Source: Anaeromyxobacter sp. (GTDB lineage Bacteria > Myxococcota > Myxococcia > Myxococcales > Anaeromyxobacteraceae). From it: a DNA stretch of 64,000 nucleotides. The notes beneath the pieces are model-generated. The model saw only the letters and a program-made list of their open reading frames with translations. It searched no databases and was not told the origin of the DNA. A program made the position numbers and the translations under genes. This document shows, piece after piece, positions 28,149 to 37,588 of the stretch (its first letter is position 1; each line of letters begins with the position of its first letter). Where the stretch lies: NCBI GenBank assembly GCA_035541675.1, contig DATKMW010000063.1:1771-65770 (forward strand). The letters run 5' to 3'.

Positions 28149-29089
28149 GCCGCGAGCCGCCCCACCGACGGCGGCAGCACCAGCTTGCCCTGGATGGCCC
28201 TGCGGAAGCTCTCCCGCGTCTCGGCGGCGATCTCGGCCGCGTCGCGGAAGCTGACCTGGCGCCGCCGGGTCCGCTCCTGGAGCCGCTTGCGCAGGTCCGA
28301 GGCCAGCTTGATGTTGCGCGCGCCGGTGGCGTCTGCCCGGGCCGCCAGGCTGCGCTCGCCCTCGTCGAGGAGGCCGACGATGGCCCAGACCGCCATGCCC
28401 GTGGTCTCGGTCACCAGGTCGGGCTCGAGCACCAGGCTGCGCTCGCGCGCCAGGGCGAAGCGCGAGACCTGGTGGAAGCGGCTCACCCGGGCGCTGGCCA
28501 GGAGCGAGCGGAAGAGCTGCCTGGACACGCCGAAGGGGATCACCGAGGCGCCGCCCAGGGTGCGGGCCAAGAAGTCGTCGTGGCCCCGGATGGCCCGGGT
28601 CGAGACCTGCCGGGCCAGCGCCGAGAGCTCCCGGTCCATGCGCTGGTCGTAGCGCAGCTCCCAGTAGGCGTGGCGGGTGCTGGCCTTGTGGAACGAGGCC
28701 ACGGTCTTGAACGGCACGTAGTAGTTGTGGGCCACGGTGTCGGCGGCCAGGTGGGCCAGGAAGCCGAGGGCGATGGCCTGTTCCGCCCCAGCCCGGGCCT
28801 GGCGGAAGACGTTGAAGCCAACCCGCCAGTTGTGACAGTGGTACAGGTACCTGGCCATGTTCTTGCCGACCACGATGTCCGCGGCCAGCGAGCCGTACAG
28901 GAACTCGTTCCCGAAGTCCTCGAGGAGCGCGCGGACCGGGCTCTGCACCAGCCCCAGGCTCTGCAGGGCCTGGGCGGAGAAGCTCAGGTGGGCGAGCGGG
29001 GCCCAGGCGTGCGCCGGGGTCGGCCAGAGCAGGACGGCGGCGGCCAGGCCGGCCAGGGAGCAGAGGGCGAGGATGCGGGAGAAGGACAT
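28145..29089 (-). CDS. Zinc-dependent phospholipase C / S1-P1 nuclease-fold protein
   Basis: Signal peptide ending AHA|W; W....[27 protein letters not shown] and HAYWE metal-ligand pattern. Confidence 0.78.
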   Translation of the reverse strand: MSFSRILALCSLAGLAAAVLLWPTPAHAWAPLAHLSFSAQALQSLGLVQSPVRALLEDFGNEFLYGSLAADIVVGKNMARYLYHCHNWRVGFNVFRQARAGAEQAIALGFLAHLAADTVAHNYYVPFKTVASFHKASTRHAYWELRYDQRMDRELSALARQVSTRAIRGHDDFLARTLGGASVIPFGVSRQLFRSLLASARVSRFHQVSRFALARERSLVLEPDLVTETTGMAVWAIVGLLDEGERSLAARADATGARNIKLASDLRKRLQERTRRRQVSFRDAAEIAAETRESFRRAIQGKLVLPPSVGRLAA

Positions 29090-29098
29090 CTGGAGAGG

Positions 29099-29128
29099 AT
29101 TCTAGGTTTGCAACGGCAGCGGTCGCAA
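29099..29128 (-). promoter_or_regulatory. Sigma70 promoter, near-leaderless PLC-like gene
   Basis: TTGCGA-N18-TAGAAT, then 9 nt to ATG; no SD. Confidence 0.65.
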
Positions 29129-29158
29129 CGCCAGGAAATGGGCGAATCGGGAGCGGAT

Positions 29159-29968
29159 GTGAGCGACGGCGCACCGGTGTACGACGCGGAGGTCGCCACC
29201 CTCGCGGCCGAGGCCCTCCGGCACCTGGAGTGGCTCGCCGCCGCCGGGGTCCGCGAGCTGCCCGGCGCGCCCCTCCTGGAACAGGTCCGCCCGGCTCCGC
29301 AATCCCGGCCCCGACAGGGCGAGGACGAGGGCCTTGAGGCCCCCCGGACCACGGAGCGACGGGCGCATGACACCCTGCCGCATGACGCACGGTCCGCGGA
29401 CGCGGGGGCGGCGCTGCAGGCCATCCGAGGGGACCTGGGCGACTGCACCCGCTGCAAGCTGTCGGCGGGGCGGCAACGGCTGGTCTTCGGGGTGGGGAAC
29501 CCGCAGGCGGAGCTGGTGTTCGTGGGCGAGGGACCGGGCGAGGAGGAGGACCGCCAGGGGGAACCCTTCGTCGGGCGGGCCGGGCAGCTCCTCACCCGGA
29601 TGATCGAGGCCATGGGCTACGAGCGGGCCGAGGTCTACATCGCCAACGTGGTGAAGTGCCGGCCGCCCGGGAACCGCAACCCCGAGCCGGAGGAGATCGA
29701 GGCCTGCGAGCCCTTTCTGCGGGCCCAGCTGGCCGCCATCCGGCCGCGGGTGATCGTGGCGCTGGGGAAGTTCGCCGCCCAGACCCTGCTCCGCTCTTCC
29801 ACCCCCATCTCCCGGCTGCGCGGGCGATGGCACGAGTACGAGGGCGTGAAGCTCATGCCCACGTTCCACCCTGCCTACCTGTTGCGCAGCCCCGACGAGA
29901 AGAAGAAGGCTTGGGAGGACCTCCAGCTCGTGATGAAGGAGCTGGGCAGGCCCCTCCCGCGGAGGTGA
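29159..29968 (+). CDS. Uracil-DNA glycosylase family 4 (Fe-S); alternative ATG at 29138
   Basis: [36 protein letters not shown]. Confidence 0.92.
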   Translation: MSDGAPVYDAEVATLAAEALRHLEWLAAAGVRELPGAPLLEQVRPAPQSRPRQGEDEGLEAPRTTERRAHDTLPHDARSADAGAALQAIRGDLGDCTRCKLSAGRQRLVFGVGNPQAELVFVGEGPGEEEDRQGEPFVGRAGQLLTRMIEAMGYERAEVYIANVVKCRPPGNRNPEPEEIEACEPFLRAQLAAIRPRVIVALGKFAAQTLLRSSTPISRLRGRWHEYEGVKLMPTFHPAYLLRSPDEKKKAWEDLQLVMKELGRPLPRR

Positions 29969-29971
29969 ACC

Positions 29972-31318
29972 GTGGCGCGCTTCCCGCCCCTGGCGCTGCT
30001 CGCCGCCCTGGCCGCGGCGGCTTCCCCGGTCGCAACGCCCGCGCCGGACACCACGGGCCCGGTCCGGGTCCTGGAGCTGACCGTGGACGGGGCCATCACC
30101 CTGGGGACCGCCGAGTACCTCCAGGCCGGCCTGGCGCGCGCCCGCGACGAGGGCTTCGGGGCGGTCCTGATCACGCTCGACACCCCCGGCGGAGACCTGG
30201 AGTCCACGCGGAAGATCGTCCGCACCATGCTGGAGAGCCCGGTGCCCGTCCTCCTCTGGGTGGGGCCGGCCGGCGCCCACGCCGGCTCGGCGGGCGTCTT
30301 CGTCACCCTGGCCGCCGACGTGGCGGCCATGGACCCGACCTCCAACATCGGCGCCGCCCATCCGGTGACCGGCGGCGGGCGCGACGTCGAGGCGGAGGCG
30401 GGCAAGGACATGGCCAAGAAGGTGGAGAACGATACCGCCGCCTTCGCCCGGTCCATCGCCGCTGCCCGCGGGCGGAACGCCGACTGGGCCGAGCGCGCGG
30501 TGCGGGAGAGCGTCTCCGTCACCGCCGAGGAGGCGGTCAAGGAGCGGGTGGTGGACCTGGTGGCGCCGGACCCGCAGTCCTTCCTCTCCAAGGCGGACGG
30601 CAGGGTGATCCGGACGAGCACCACCCCCCGCACCCTCCACCTCCGCGGGGCGGTGCTGGTGCGCCACCCCCCGTCGATCCGGCAGCGGGCGCTCATGTTC
30701 ATCGCCGACCCCAACGTGGTGGCCATCCTGAGCCTTCTGGGGCTGCTCGGGCTGGGCATCGAGTTCTACCATCCCGGGGCGCTCTTCCCGGGGATCGCCG
30801 GCGGATTCTGCCTGTTCCTGGTCTTCGTGGCCTCGCAGATCATCCCGGTGAACGTGGCCGCCATCCTCCTCCTGCTGGCCGGGGCCGGGCTCCTGGCCTC
30901 GGAGGCCTTCTTCACCAGCCACGGCCTGGCCGGCGTGGCCGGGGCGGCCTGCGTCATCCTGGCGCTCCTCTTCTTCCTCAACACCTCCGCCCCGGGCCAG
31001 GCCTTCGACCCGGGCGCCTTCGCCATCTCGCCGTGGCTCGTCTGGCCGACGCCCATCGCCCTGGCGGCGGTGTTCGTGTACATGGGCTGGAAGGTGGCGC
31101 GCGGACGCCGCGCGCCGCTCCAGCTCGGGTCCCCGGCGCTCCTGGGGATGGTGGGGCAGGCGCTCTCCGAGGTCGGCCCCCAGGGGGGGGACGTCCTCGT
31201 TCACGGCGAGTACTGGCATGCCCGCAGCGCCGGCCCCATCCCTCCGGGGACACGGGTGAAGGTGGTGGCGGTGGATGGGCTCCTGGTCACGGTTGAGGCC
31301 GAGCGCCCGATGGGGTAG
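29972..31318 (+). CDS. nfeD: NfeD family membrane-bound serine protease (ClpP-like + TM + OB)
   Basis: LDTPGG, AGSAG, NIGAAHP, K..ND, IEFYHPG, GEYW.ARS. Confidence 0.88.
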   Translation: MARFPPLALLAALAAAASPVATPAPDTTGPVRVLELTVDGAITLGTAEYLQAGLARARDEGFGAVLITLDTPGGDLESTRKIVRTMLESPVPVLLWVGPAGAHAGSAGVFVTLAADVAAMDPTSNIGAAHPVTGGGRDVEAEAGKDMAKKVENDTAAFARSIAAARGRNADWAERAVRESVSVTAEEAVKERVVDLVAPDPQSFLSKADGRVIRTSTTPRTLHLRGAVLVRHPPSIRQRALMFIADPNVVAILSLLGLLGLGIEFYHPGALFPGIAGGFCLFLVFVASQIIPVNVAAILLLLAGAGLLASEAFFTSHGLAGVAGAACVILALLFFLNTSAPGQAFDPGAFAISPWLVWPTPIALAAVFVYMGWKVARGRRAPLQLGSPALLGMVGQALSEVGPQGGDVLVHGEYWHARSAGPIPPGTRVKVVAVDGLLVTVEAERPMG

Positions 31319-31356
31319 AGGTTCGGCATCGCAGCGGTCCAGAAACGGAGGGGAAC

Positions 31357-32109
31357 ATGCCCGTGCTCGGTCTCGCCATCCCCGTCGCCATCGTCGTCCT
31401 CTGGTTCCTCACCGGCATCCGCATCATCAACGAGTACGAGCAGGGCGTGGTGCTGCGGCTGGGCCGGTTCGCCGGCATCCGCACCGCCGGTCTGCGCTGG
31501 ATCGTCCCCTTCATCGACCGGATGGTCATCATCGACATGCGCATCACCGCCGAGCAGGTCCCGCCGCAGGACGTGATCACCAGGGACAACGTCTCGGTGA
31601 AGGTGAACGCGGTCATCTACTTCCGGGTGATGGCCTCGGACAAGGCCTTCCTCCAGGTGACCGACTTCCTCTTCGCCACCAGCCAGTTCGCCCAGACCAC
31701 GCTCCGGTCCGTGCTCGGGCAGGTGGACCTCGACGACCTCCTCAGCCAGCGCGAGAAGATCAACCGCCAGCTCCAGGAGATCATCGACCGCCACACCGAG
31801 CCCTGGGGCGTGAAGGTCACGGCCGTGGAGGTGAAGCAGGTCGACCTGCCGGAGGAGATGCGCCGGGCCATGGCCAAGCAGGCCGAGGCGGAGCGCGAGC
31901 GGCGCGCCAAGGTGATCGCCGCCGAGGGCGAGTACCAGGCCGCCGAGAAGCTGGGCCAGGCCGCCGACGTCATCGCCCGCTCGCCCGGCGCGCTCCAGCT
32001 CCGCTATCTGCAGACCTGCGTGGAGATCTCGGCCGAGAAGAACTCGACCATCGTCTTCCCGCTCCCGGTCGACCTCCTCAAGCCGTTCCTGGAGCTGGCG
32101 AAGAAGTAG
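31357..32109 (+). CDS. SPFH/stomatin (slipin) family protein
   Basis: [56 protein letters not shown]; standard NfeD partner. Confidence 0.93.
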   Translation: MPVLGLAIPVAIVVLWFLTGIRIINEYEQGVVLRLGRFAGIRTAGLRWIVPFIDRMVIIDMRITAEQVPPQDVITRDNVSVKVNAVIYFRVMASDKAFLQVTDFLFATSQFAQTTLRSVLGQVDLDDLLSQREKINRQLQEIIDRHTEPWGVKVTAVEVKQVDLPEEMRRAMAKQAEAERERRAKVIAAEGEYQAAEKLGQAADVIARSPGALQLRYLQTCVEISAEKNSTIVFPLPVDLLKPFLELAKK

Positions 32110-32112
32110 GGC

Positions 32113-33222
32113 TCACGGGCCAGCGGGCTCTTCGGCGACCGGCTCCTCCAGGGCCGCGCCGGAGAGGAGCTCGTCCAGGGCCTCGAGCATCTGCCGGTTC
32201 CCGTCCTGCTGGTATCGCTCCAGCTGCCGCTCGAAGTCGGGCAGGCGCTCCAGGAACTCGCCCAGCCGCCCTGGGTCGAGTTGCTCGTCGGCGGAAAGGC
32301 CGTAGCCCTCGGCCTCCAGGTAGCGGGCGTTGAGCACCTGCTCGAACTGCCTGCGGACCGGGGAGGACAGCACCGGCTTGTGCAGGTAGACGGCCTCGGA
32401 GAGGGTGGTGAAGCCGCCGTTGCACACCAGGCCGGCGGCCGTGCGCATGTCGTCGACGAAGGTCCGCTCGGAGAAGGGCCGGTGGCGGAGGTTGCCCTCG
32501 ACCAGGTCCTCGGTCAGGTCGCGGCGGATGCCGTAGATCCGGCACTCGCGGCCGCAGCGGGAGAGCAGCGCGGGCAGCTCGGCATTGGAGTCGGAGGTCT
32601 GGTAGACGAGCAGGTGCTCCCCCCGCTCGCGCCGGGCGGCCAGGATCTCGGGGCGGATCACCGACGGGTGGAGGCTGGTGCGGGGCTTGCGCACCGGCGG
32701 GTAGAAGAAGGTGGTGACGAGGTAGTGGAGGCAGCCGGGGAGCTTGGCCTGGACGAGCGCCTTGGCCAGCTGGAAGTCGAGCTCGTGGCCGCGCAGGATC
32801 GCGGGGGAGTGGGTGCAGCGGGCCAGCACCTGCATGTTGTCCAGGGAGATGACCGGCAGGCGGTGGGTGCGGGCGAAGAGGTAGCTCCAGCTCTCGAAGT
32901 CGGAGACCACCACGTCGGGGTGGAACTGCTCCGCCAGGTCGAAGTAGGCACGCACGTTCTGGGGCCAGCCGCCGGAGACGGCTCCGGCCACGTTGTGCAG
33001 CACCGTCCGGAAGTTCCGGACCTCGTTGTCCTCGTAGACGATGGTCAAGCCCCAGATCTTGTTCACCCCGAGGCGATCCGACTCCCGGGCCTTGAGGTAG
33101 TCGTGGGCCCGGCCGGAGACCACCACCTGCACGTCGTGGGTGCGGGTGAGGTGGTCGATCACCACCCGGGAACGCATCGCGTGCCCCATCCCCTCGCCCA
33201 CCACGCCGTAGAGGATCCGCAT
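32113..33222 (-). CDS. MJ1255/VC2487-like GT-B glycosyltransferase
   Basis: MRILYGVVGEGMGHAMRS, VSDFE, VCNGGFTTLSEAVYL.KP, QFEQ.LNA. Confidence 0.83.
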   Translation of the reverse strand: MRILYGVVGEGMGHAMRSRVVIDHLTRTHDVQVVVSGRAHDYLKARESDRLGVNKIWGLTIVYEDNEVRNFRTVLHNVAGAVSGGWPQNVRAYFDLAEQFHPDVVVSDFESWSYLFARTHRLPVISLDNMQVLARCTHSPAILRGHELDFQLAKALVQAKLPGCLHYLVTTFFYPPVRKPRTSLHPSVIRPEILAARRERGEHLLVYQTSDSNAELPALLSRCGRECRIYGIRRDLTEDLVEGNLRHRPFSERTFVDDMRTAAGLVCNGGFTTLSEAVYLHKPVLSSPVRRQFEQVLNARYLEAEGYGLSADEQLDPGRLGEFLERLPDFERQLERYQQDGNRQMLEALDELLSGAALEEPVAEEPAGP

Positions 33223-33230
33223 CCGGCGGC

Positions 33231-33259
33231 ATGCTAGCCCAGGCCGCGACGTTCGCGAA
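33231..33259 (-). promoter_or_regulatory. Promoter of the near-leaderless glycosyltransferase
   Basis: TTCGCG-N17-TAGCAT, then 8 nt to ATG. The -35 lies in the perfect palindrome GTTCGCGAAC. Confidence 0.55.
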
Positions 33260-33464
33260 CAGCGGCCTCCCGGGCCGCGGAAGGCCCCGGAATACAAGGC
33301 CCCGCCGCGGTTCGCCGGCCTGGGGCCCGGCGGGGGAGCCCGGGCGACGAAATATCCAGGGCGTCCCCGCGTTACTCCGGTTGTCCGCTCTGGGGAGAGA
33401 GGACTCGGCAGGGGGCGCGCACGGCCGACGCCGGCGCGCCCCCACGCCGACTCCCCACCGGCGG

Positions 33465-33494
33465 TTGACGCCCCGCCACGCTTCTCCCTATCTT
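33465..33494 (+). promoter_or_regulatory. Sigma70 promoter of the CoA-transferase operon
   Basis: TTGACG-N18-TATCTT. Confidence 0.6.
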
Positions 33495-33581
33495 CACCTC
33501 ACCCTCGGGGGGTGCCGGAGCCTGGCGCCGCAGGTCGCCTGCCGATCCTGCCGCGCTACCTCCGGGGGGCGGAGGCGCGCC

Positions 33582-34283
33582 TTGGACAAGCGGGTCGACT
33601 CGGCCGACGCGGCGGTCCGGGACATCGGCGACGGCGCCACGATCATGGTGGGCGGGTTCGGGCTGTGCGGGAACCCGGAGAACCTGATCCTGGCGCTGCA
33701 CCGCAGGGGCGTCCGGGACCTGGTGCTCATCTCCAACAACTGCGGCACCACCGACCTCGGTCTGGGGGTGCTGCTCCAGGCGCGCCAGATCCGGAAGATC
33801 GTCGCCTCCTACGTGGGCGAGAACAAGGTCTTCGAGCGGCAGTTCCTGTCCGGCGAGCTGGAGGTGGAGCTCGTCCCCCAGGGCACGCTGGCCGAGCGGA
33901 TCCGCGCCGGCGGCGCCGGCATCGGCGGATTCTACACCCCCACCGGCGTGGGCACGGCCGTGGCCGAGGGGAAGGAGACGCGCACCCTGTCCGGCCGCGC
34001 CTACCTGCTCGAGCTGCCGCTGCGCGCCGACTTCGCGCTCCTCCGCGCCCGCCGGGCCGACCCGTGGGGCAACCTCCAGTTCCACGCCACCACCCGCAAC
34101 TTCCAGCCCATGATGGCGGCGGCGGCGCGGGTCGCCATCGCCGAGGCCGAGGAGATCGTCCCGCTGGGCGGGATCGACCCCGACGCGGTCCACACCCCAG
34201 GCATCTACGTGCACCGCCTGGTCCGGGGCGAGCGCTACGAGCGCTGGATCGAGCGCCGCACCGTGCGCCCGCGGCCGGCCTGA
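33582..34283 (+). CDS. scoA: 3-oxoacid CoA-transferase subunit A
   Basis: TTG start with SD ggagg; [42 protein letters not shown]. Confidence 0.88.
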   Translation: MDKRVDSADAAVRDIGDGATIMVGGFGLCGNPENLILALHRRGVRDLVLISNNCGTTDLGLGVLLQARQIRKIVASYVGENKVFERQFLSGELEVELVPQGTLAERIRAGGAGIGGFYTPTGVGTAVAEGKETRTLSGRAYLLELPLRADFALLRARRADPWGNLQFHATTRNFQPMMAAAARVAIAEAEEIVPLGGIDPDAVHTPGIYVHRLVRGERYERWIERRTVRPRPA

Positions 34284-34293
34284 GGAGGGCCCC

Positions 34294-34980
34294 ATGCCGC
34301 TCAGCCGCGAGCAGATCGCCGCACGCGTGGCCCGGGAGCTGCGCGACGGCTTCTACGTGAACCTCGGCATCGGCATGCCCACCCTGGTGGCCAACTACGT
34401 CCCGCCCGGCGTCGAGGTGGTGCTCCAGTCCGAGAACGGCATCCTGGGGGTGGGACCGTACCCCCGGGACGGCGAGGAGGACCCCGATCTCATCAACGCC
34501 GGCAAGGAGACGGTGACGGTGCTCCCCGGGGCGGCCTTCTTCTCCTCGGCGGAGTCGTTCGACATGATCCGGGGCGGGCACATCGACCTCGCCATCCTGG
34601 GGGCGCTGGAGGTCTCCGAGCACGGGGACCTGGCCAACTGGCTGGTCCCCGGCAGGATGGTCAAGGGGATGGGCGGGGGGATGGACCTGGTGGCCGGGGC
34701 GAGGCGGGTGGTGGTGATGATGGAGCACGCCACGCGCGAGGGGAGGCCCAAGCTCCTCTCGCGCTGCTCGCTGCCGCTCACCGGGATGCGCTGCGTCTCG
34801 GCGGTGTGCACCGATCGCGCCTTCATCGACGTCACCTCCGACGGCCTCCTCCTGCGCGAGCTGGCGCCGGGGGAGACGGTGGCCTCGGTCCAGGCGCTCA
34901 CCGAGCCCCGGCTCATCGTGGGGTCCGAGGTGCGGACCATCGAGGTGGGGGACTGGCCGTGGGACCGCTCTTCACCCTGA
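34294..34980 (+). CDS. scoB: 3-oxoacid CoA-transferase subunit B
   Basis: VNLGIGMPT, catalytic [27 protein letters not shown]. Confidence 0.9.
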   Translation: MPLSREQIAARVARELRDGFYVNLGIGMPTLVANYVPPGVEVVLQSENGILGVGPYPRDGEEDPDLINAGKETVTVLPGAAFFSSAESFDMIRGGHIDLAILGALEVSEHGDLANWLVPGRMVKGMGGGMDLVAGARRVVVMMEHATREGRPKLLSRCSLPLTGMRCVSAVCTDRAFIDVTSDGLLLRELAPGETVASVQALTEPRLIVGSEVRTIEVGDWPWDRSSP

Positions 34981-35747
34981 CCACCGACTTCGGCTCGGCC
35001 TCCGGCTACCCGGCCCAGCTGAAGGGCGTGCTCCTCTCGGCCGTCCCCGAGGCCCGCATCGTGGACGTCACCCACGACGTGCCGGCCTACGATCTGACCG
35101 TCGGCGCCCTCCTGGTGGAGGCGGCGCTGCCCTGGTTCCCGCGCGAGACCATCCACCTGGTGGTGGTCGATCCGGGGGTGGGGACGGCGCGCCGCGGCCT
35201 GGTGGTGACCGACGTGGAGGGTCGGAGGCTCCTGGGGCCGGACAACGGGGTCCTCACCGCCGCGCTGGGGCGGGGGGCCCGGGTACGGGCCCTGGCCGAG
35301 CACGGCGTGCTCCCGCCGCCCCGCAGCACCACGTTCCACGGCCGGGACCTCTTCGCGCCGGCGGCGGCCTACCTGGCCCGAGGCGGGACGGCGGCGGCGC
35401 TGGGTCCGGAGGTGAGCGACCCGGTCCTCCTCGACTGGCCCGCGGCCGTCCGCGAGGGGGACGAGGTCCGGGGAGTGACCCTGGCGGCCGATCCCTTCGG
35501 GAACCTGGCCACCTCGATCCGCGCCGCCGACCTGGTAGGGGCTGCGGTGGTGGAGGTGGATGTGGCCGGGCAGCAGGCCCGGTTCGTCCGCACCTACGGC
35601 GAGGCGGCCCGGGGCGAGCTGGTGGCCCTGGTCGGGAGCGCCGGCCGCGTGGAGGTGGCGGTGCGCGAGGGGAGCGCGGCCCGGTCGCTCGGGGGAGGGC
35701 GCGGCTTGAGCGTCCGACTCGTCCTTGGCCGCGCGCCGGTCGCCTGA
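34959..35747 (+). CDS. SAM hydroxide adenosyltransferase (DUF62, fluorinase/chlorinase superfamily)
   Basis: [42 protein letters not shown]. Confidence 0.88.
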   Translation: MGPLFTLTTDFGSASGYPAQLKGVLLSAVPEARIVDVTHDVPAYDLTVGALLVEAALPWFPRETIHLVVVDPGVGTARRGLVVTDVEGRRLLGPDNGVLTAALGRGARVRALAEHGVLPPPRSTTFHGRDLFAPAAAYLARGGTAAALGPEVSDPVLLDWPAAVREGDEVRGVTLAADPFGNLATSIRAADLVGAAVVEVDVAGQQARFVRTYGEAARGELVALVGSAGRVEVAVREGSAARSLGGGRGLSVRLVLGRAPVA

Positions 35748-35753
35748 TACAGT
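35725..35753 (+). promoter_or_regulatory. Promoter of the near-leaderless PilZ gene
   Basis: TTGGCC-N17-TACAGT, then 9 nt to ATG; no SD. Confidence 0.62.
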
Positions 35754-35762
35754 TTTTCGCCG

Positions 35763-36119
35763 ATGGGCTCGAAGGAGAACAAGCGCCGGGCGGCGCGCCT
35801 CCACCACGCCATCCCGGTCGCCTACAAGAGCGTGGGCAGCTTCCTCTCCGACTGGGCCACCAACATCAGCCACGGCGGGCTGTTCATCAACACCCGCAAG
35901 CCGCTGACGGTGGGGACCGCCGTTAGGATCCTCATCCAGCTCCCCGGCGCCTCCTTCCCCTGCGAGCTGGCCGGCCGGGTCACTCGGGTGGCGGAGTTCG
36001 ACAACCACGCCAACATGGTTCCGGGCATGGGGATCGAGTTCACCGGCCTGGACGAGGCGCGGCGGCAGGAGATCGACTCCTTCGTGGAGCGGCTGCGCGG
36101 GCAGCTCGAGGGCGCCTGA
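35763..36119 (+). CDS. Stand-alone myxobacterial PilZ-domain protein (TIGR02266-type)
   Basis: RRAAR (RxxxR), NISHGG (NxSxxG), GMGIEF. Confidence 0.87.
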   Translation: MGSKENKRRAARLHHAIPVAYKSVGSFLSDWATNISHGGLFINTRKPLTVGTAVRILIQLPGASFPCELAGRVTRVAEFDNHANMVPGMGIEFTGLDEARRQEIDSFVERLRGQLEGA

Positions 36120-36154
36120 CGGCGGGACGCGGCTCCCCCGGCTACCCTCTCCCC

Positions 36155-37456
36155 GTGCGCACCGAGCTCGTCATCGAGGACCTCGCCCCCGGCGGCGAGG
36201 GTGTCGGCCGGCTGGGCGGGCGCCCGGTGTACGTGCCCTTCACCGCCCCGGGGGACCGGGTAGAGGTCGAGATTTCCTCCACGGAGGGGGCGGCGCACGG
36301 CGCGCTCCTGGCGGTGCTCTCCCCGGGAAGGGAGCGGATCCCCGCGCCCTGCCGCCACTTCGGCGCCTGCGGCGGCTGCGAGTGGCTGCACCTCGACTAC
36401 CCCGCCCAGCTCGCCGCCAAGCAGCGCGCGCTCGCCGGGGCGCTCCGCCGCATCGGGCACCTCGAGCCGGGGAGCTACCCGCTCCGGGCCATCCTTCCCT
36501 CGCCCTCGCCGCTGCGATACCGGAGCCGGGCCAAGTTCCACCACGACCGGGAGAGTGGGCGGCTGGTCTTCTTCCGCCGGCGGTCCCACGAGCCGGTCCG
36601 CCTGGAGGAGTGCCACCTGCTCATCCCGCCGCTCGACGCCCTGCGGGAGGCGCTGGGGCCGGTCCTCGCCGCCGCGCGGCTCCCGGCGAGGGAAGTGACG
36701 CTGGAGTGGTCCCTGGCCGAGGGGAGGGGGGCCGCGCTGCTGCGGGTCGCGGACATCGGCCCGGCGGTGCGGGCCCGGGCCGAGGCCGTGCTCGAGGCCG
36801 TGCCGGAGCTGGCCGGGCTCCTGCTGCAGGGAGACGGCGGGGCGCCCGCGGCCGTGGGGACCCCGGTCCTTCGCCAGCCCCGCGACCCGGCCGATCCGGG
36901 TGCCGGGGTGCAGCGCTCCCGGCCAGACGTCTTCCAGCAGGCCAACCGCGGCGCCAACGCGCTGCTCGTGCGGACGGCGCTCGACCTCCTCGCTCCCGAC
37001 GGGGAGGAGGTGCTGGAGCTCTTCTGCGGGGCGGGGAACTTCACCGGCCCGCTGGCCGCCCGGGCCCGGGGAGTCTCCGCGGTGGAGGAGCAGGGGCCGG
37101 CCCTGGAGCTGGCGCGGGCCGACCAGGCCGAGGCCGCCGGGCCGGGCGCGGTTCGCTTCTTCGCCGGCGACGCGCTGCGGCTGGCGCTGGCACTCTCCCG
37201 CGAACGGGGCCCCGCGGCGAGGCGGTTCGGGGCCGTGCTCCTCGACCCTCCGCGCGAGGGGGCGAAGGGGATCGGCCCGGCGCTCCGCGCGCTGGAGGCG
37301 CCGCGCGCCGTGTACGTCTCCTGCGACCCGGCCACCCTGGCGCGCGACGTGCGGGCCTGCGTCGAGTCGGGATATCGGGTGGCGGCGGTGGCCCCGGTGG
37401 ACATGTTCCCGCAGACCCACCACGTGGAGGCCGCGGTCCTCCTCGAGCGCCGCTAG
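36155..37456 (+). CDS. RlmD/TrmA-family RNA m5U methyltransferase
   Basis: TRAM N-terminus; CRHFGACGGC Fe-S; FQQAN; LELFCGAGNF; LDPPREG; YVSCDPATL; DMFPQTHHVE. TACCCT lies 6 nt before GTG. Confidence 0.9.
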   Translation: MRTELVIEDLAPGGEGVGRLGGRPVYVPFTAPGDRVEVEISSTEGAAHGALLAVLSPGRERIPAPCRHFGACGGCEWLHLDYPAQLAAKQRALAGALRRIGHLEPGSYPLRAILPSPSPLRYRSRAKFHHDRESGRLVFFRRRSHEPVRLEECHLLIPPLDALREALGPVLAAARLPAREVTLEWSLAEGRGAALLRVADIGPAVRARAEAVLEAVPELAGLLLQGDGGAPAAVGTPVLRQPRDPADPGAGVQRSRPDVFQQANRGANALLVRTALDLLAPDGEEVLELFCGAGNFTGPLAARARGVSAVEEQGPALELARADQAEAAGPGAVRFFAGDALRLALALSRERGPAARRFGAVLLDPPREGAKGIGPALRALEAPRAVYVSCDPATLARDVRACVESGYRVAAVAPVDMFPQTHHVEAAVLLERR

Positions 37457-37588
37457 CCCGGGTCCTCCCCACGGACCGGGCCCGGCCGGTCGCGACGGGC
37501 AGCCGGAAACCCCGCGGTGCGGCCGGAGTTGCAGGCCGCCGTGACCCGGCCGTGACACTCCGGGGCGACCATCTCGCCGGTCGAACGC

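Noticed and set aside
33289-33374. Second ECF-type promoters (GGAAT-N16-GTT; CGAAA-N17-CGTTA) in the GT/scoA spacer
   Set aside because: Spacing or -35 deviates from the GGAAT-N18-GTT model; not supportable without data.
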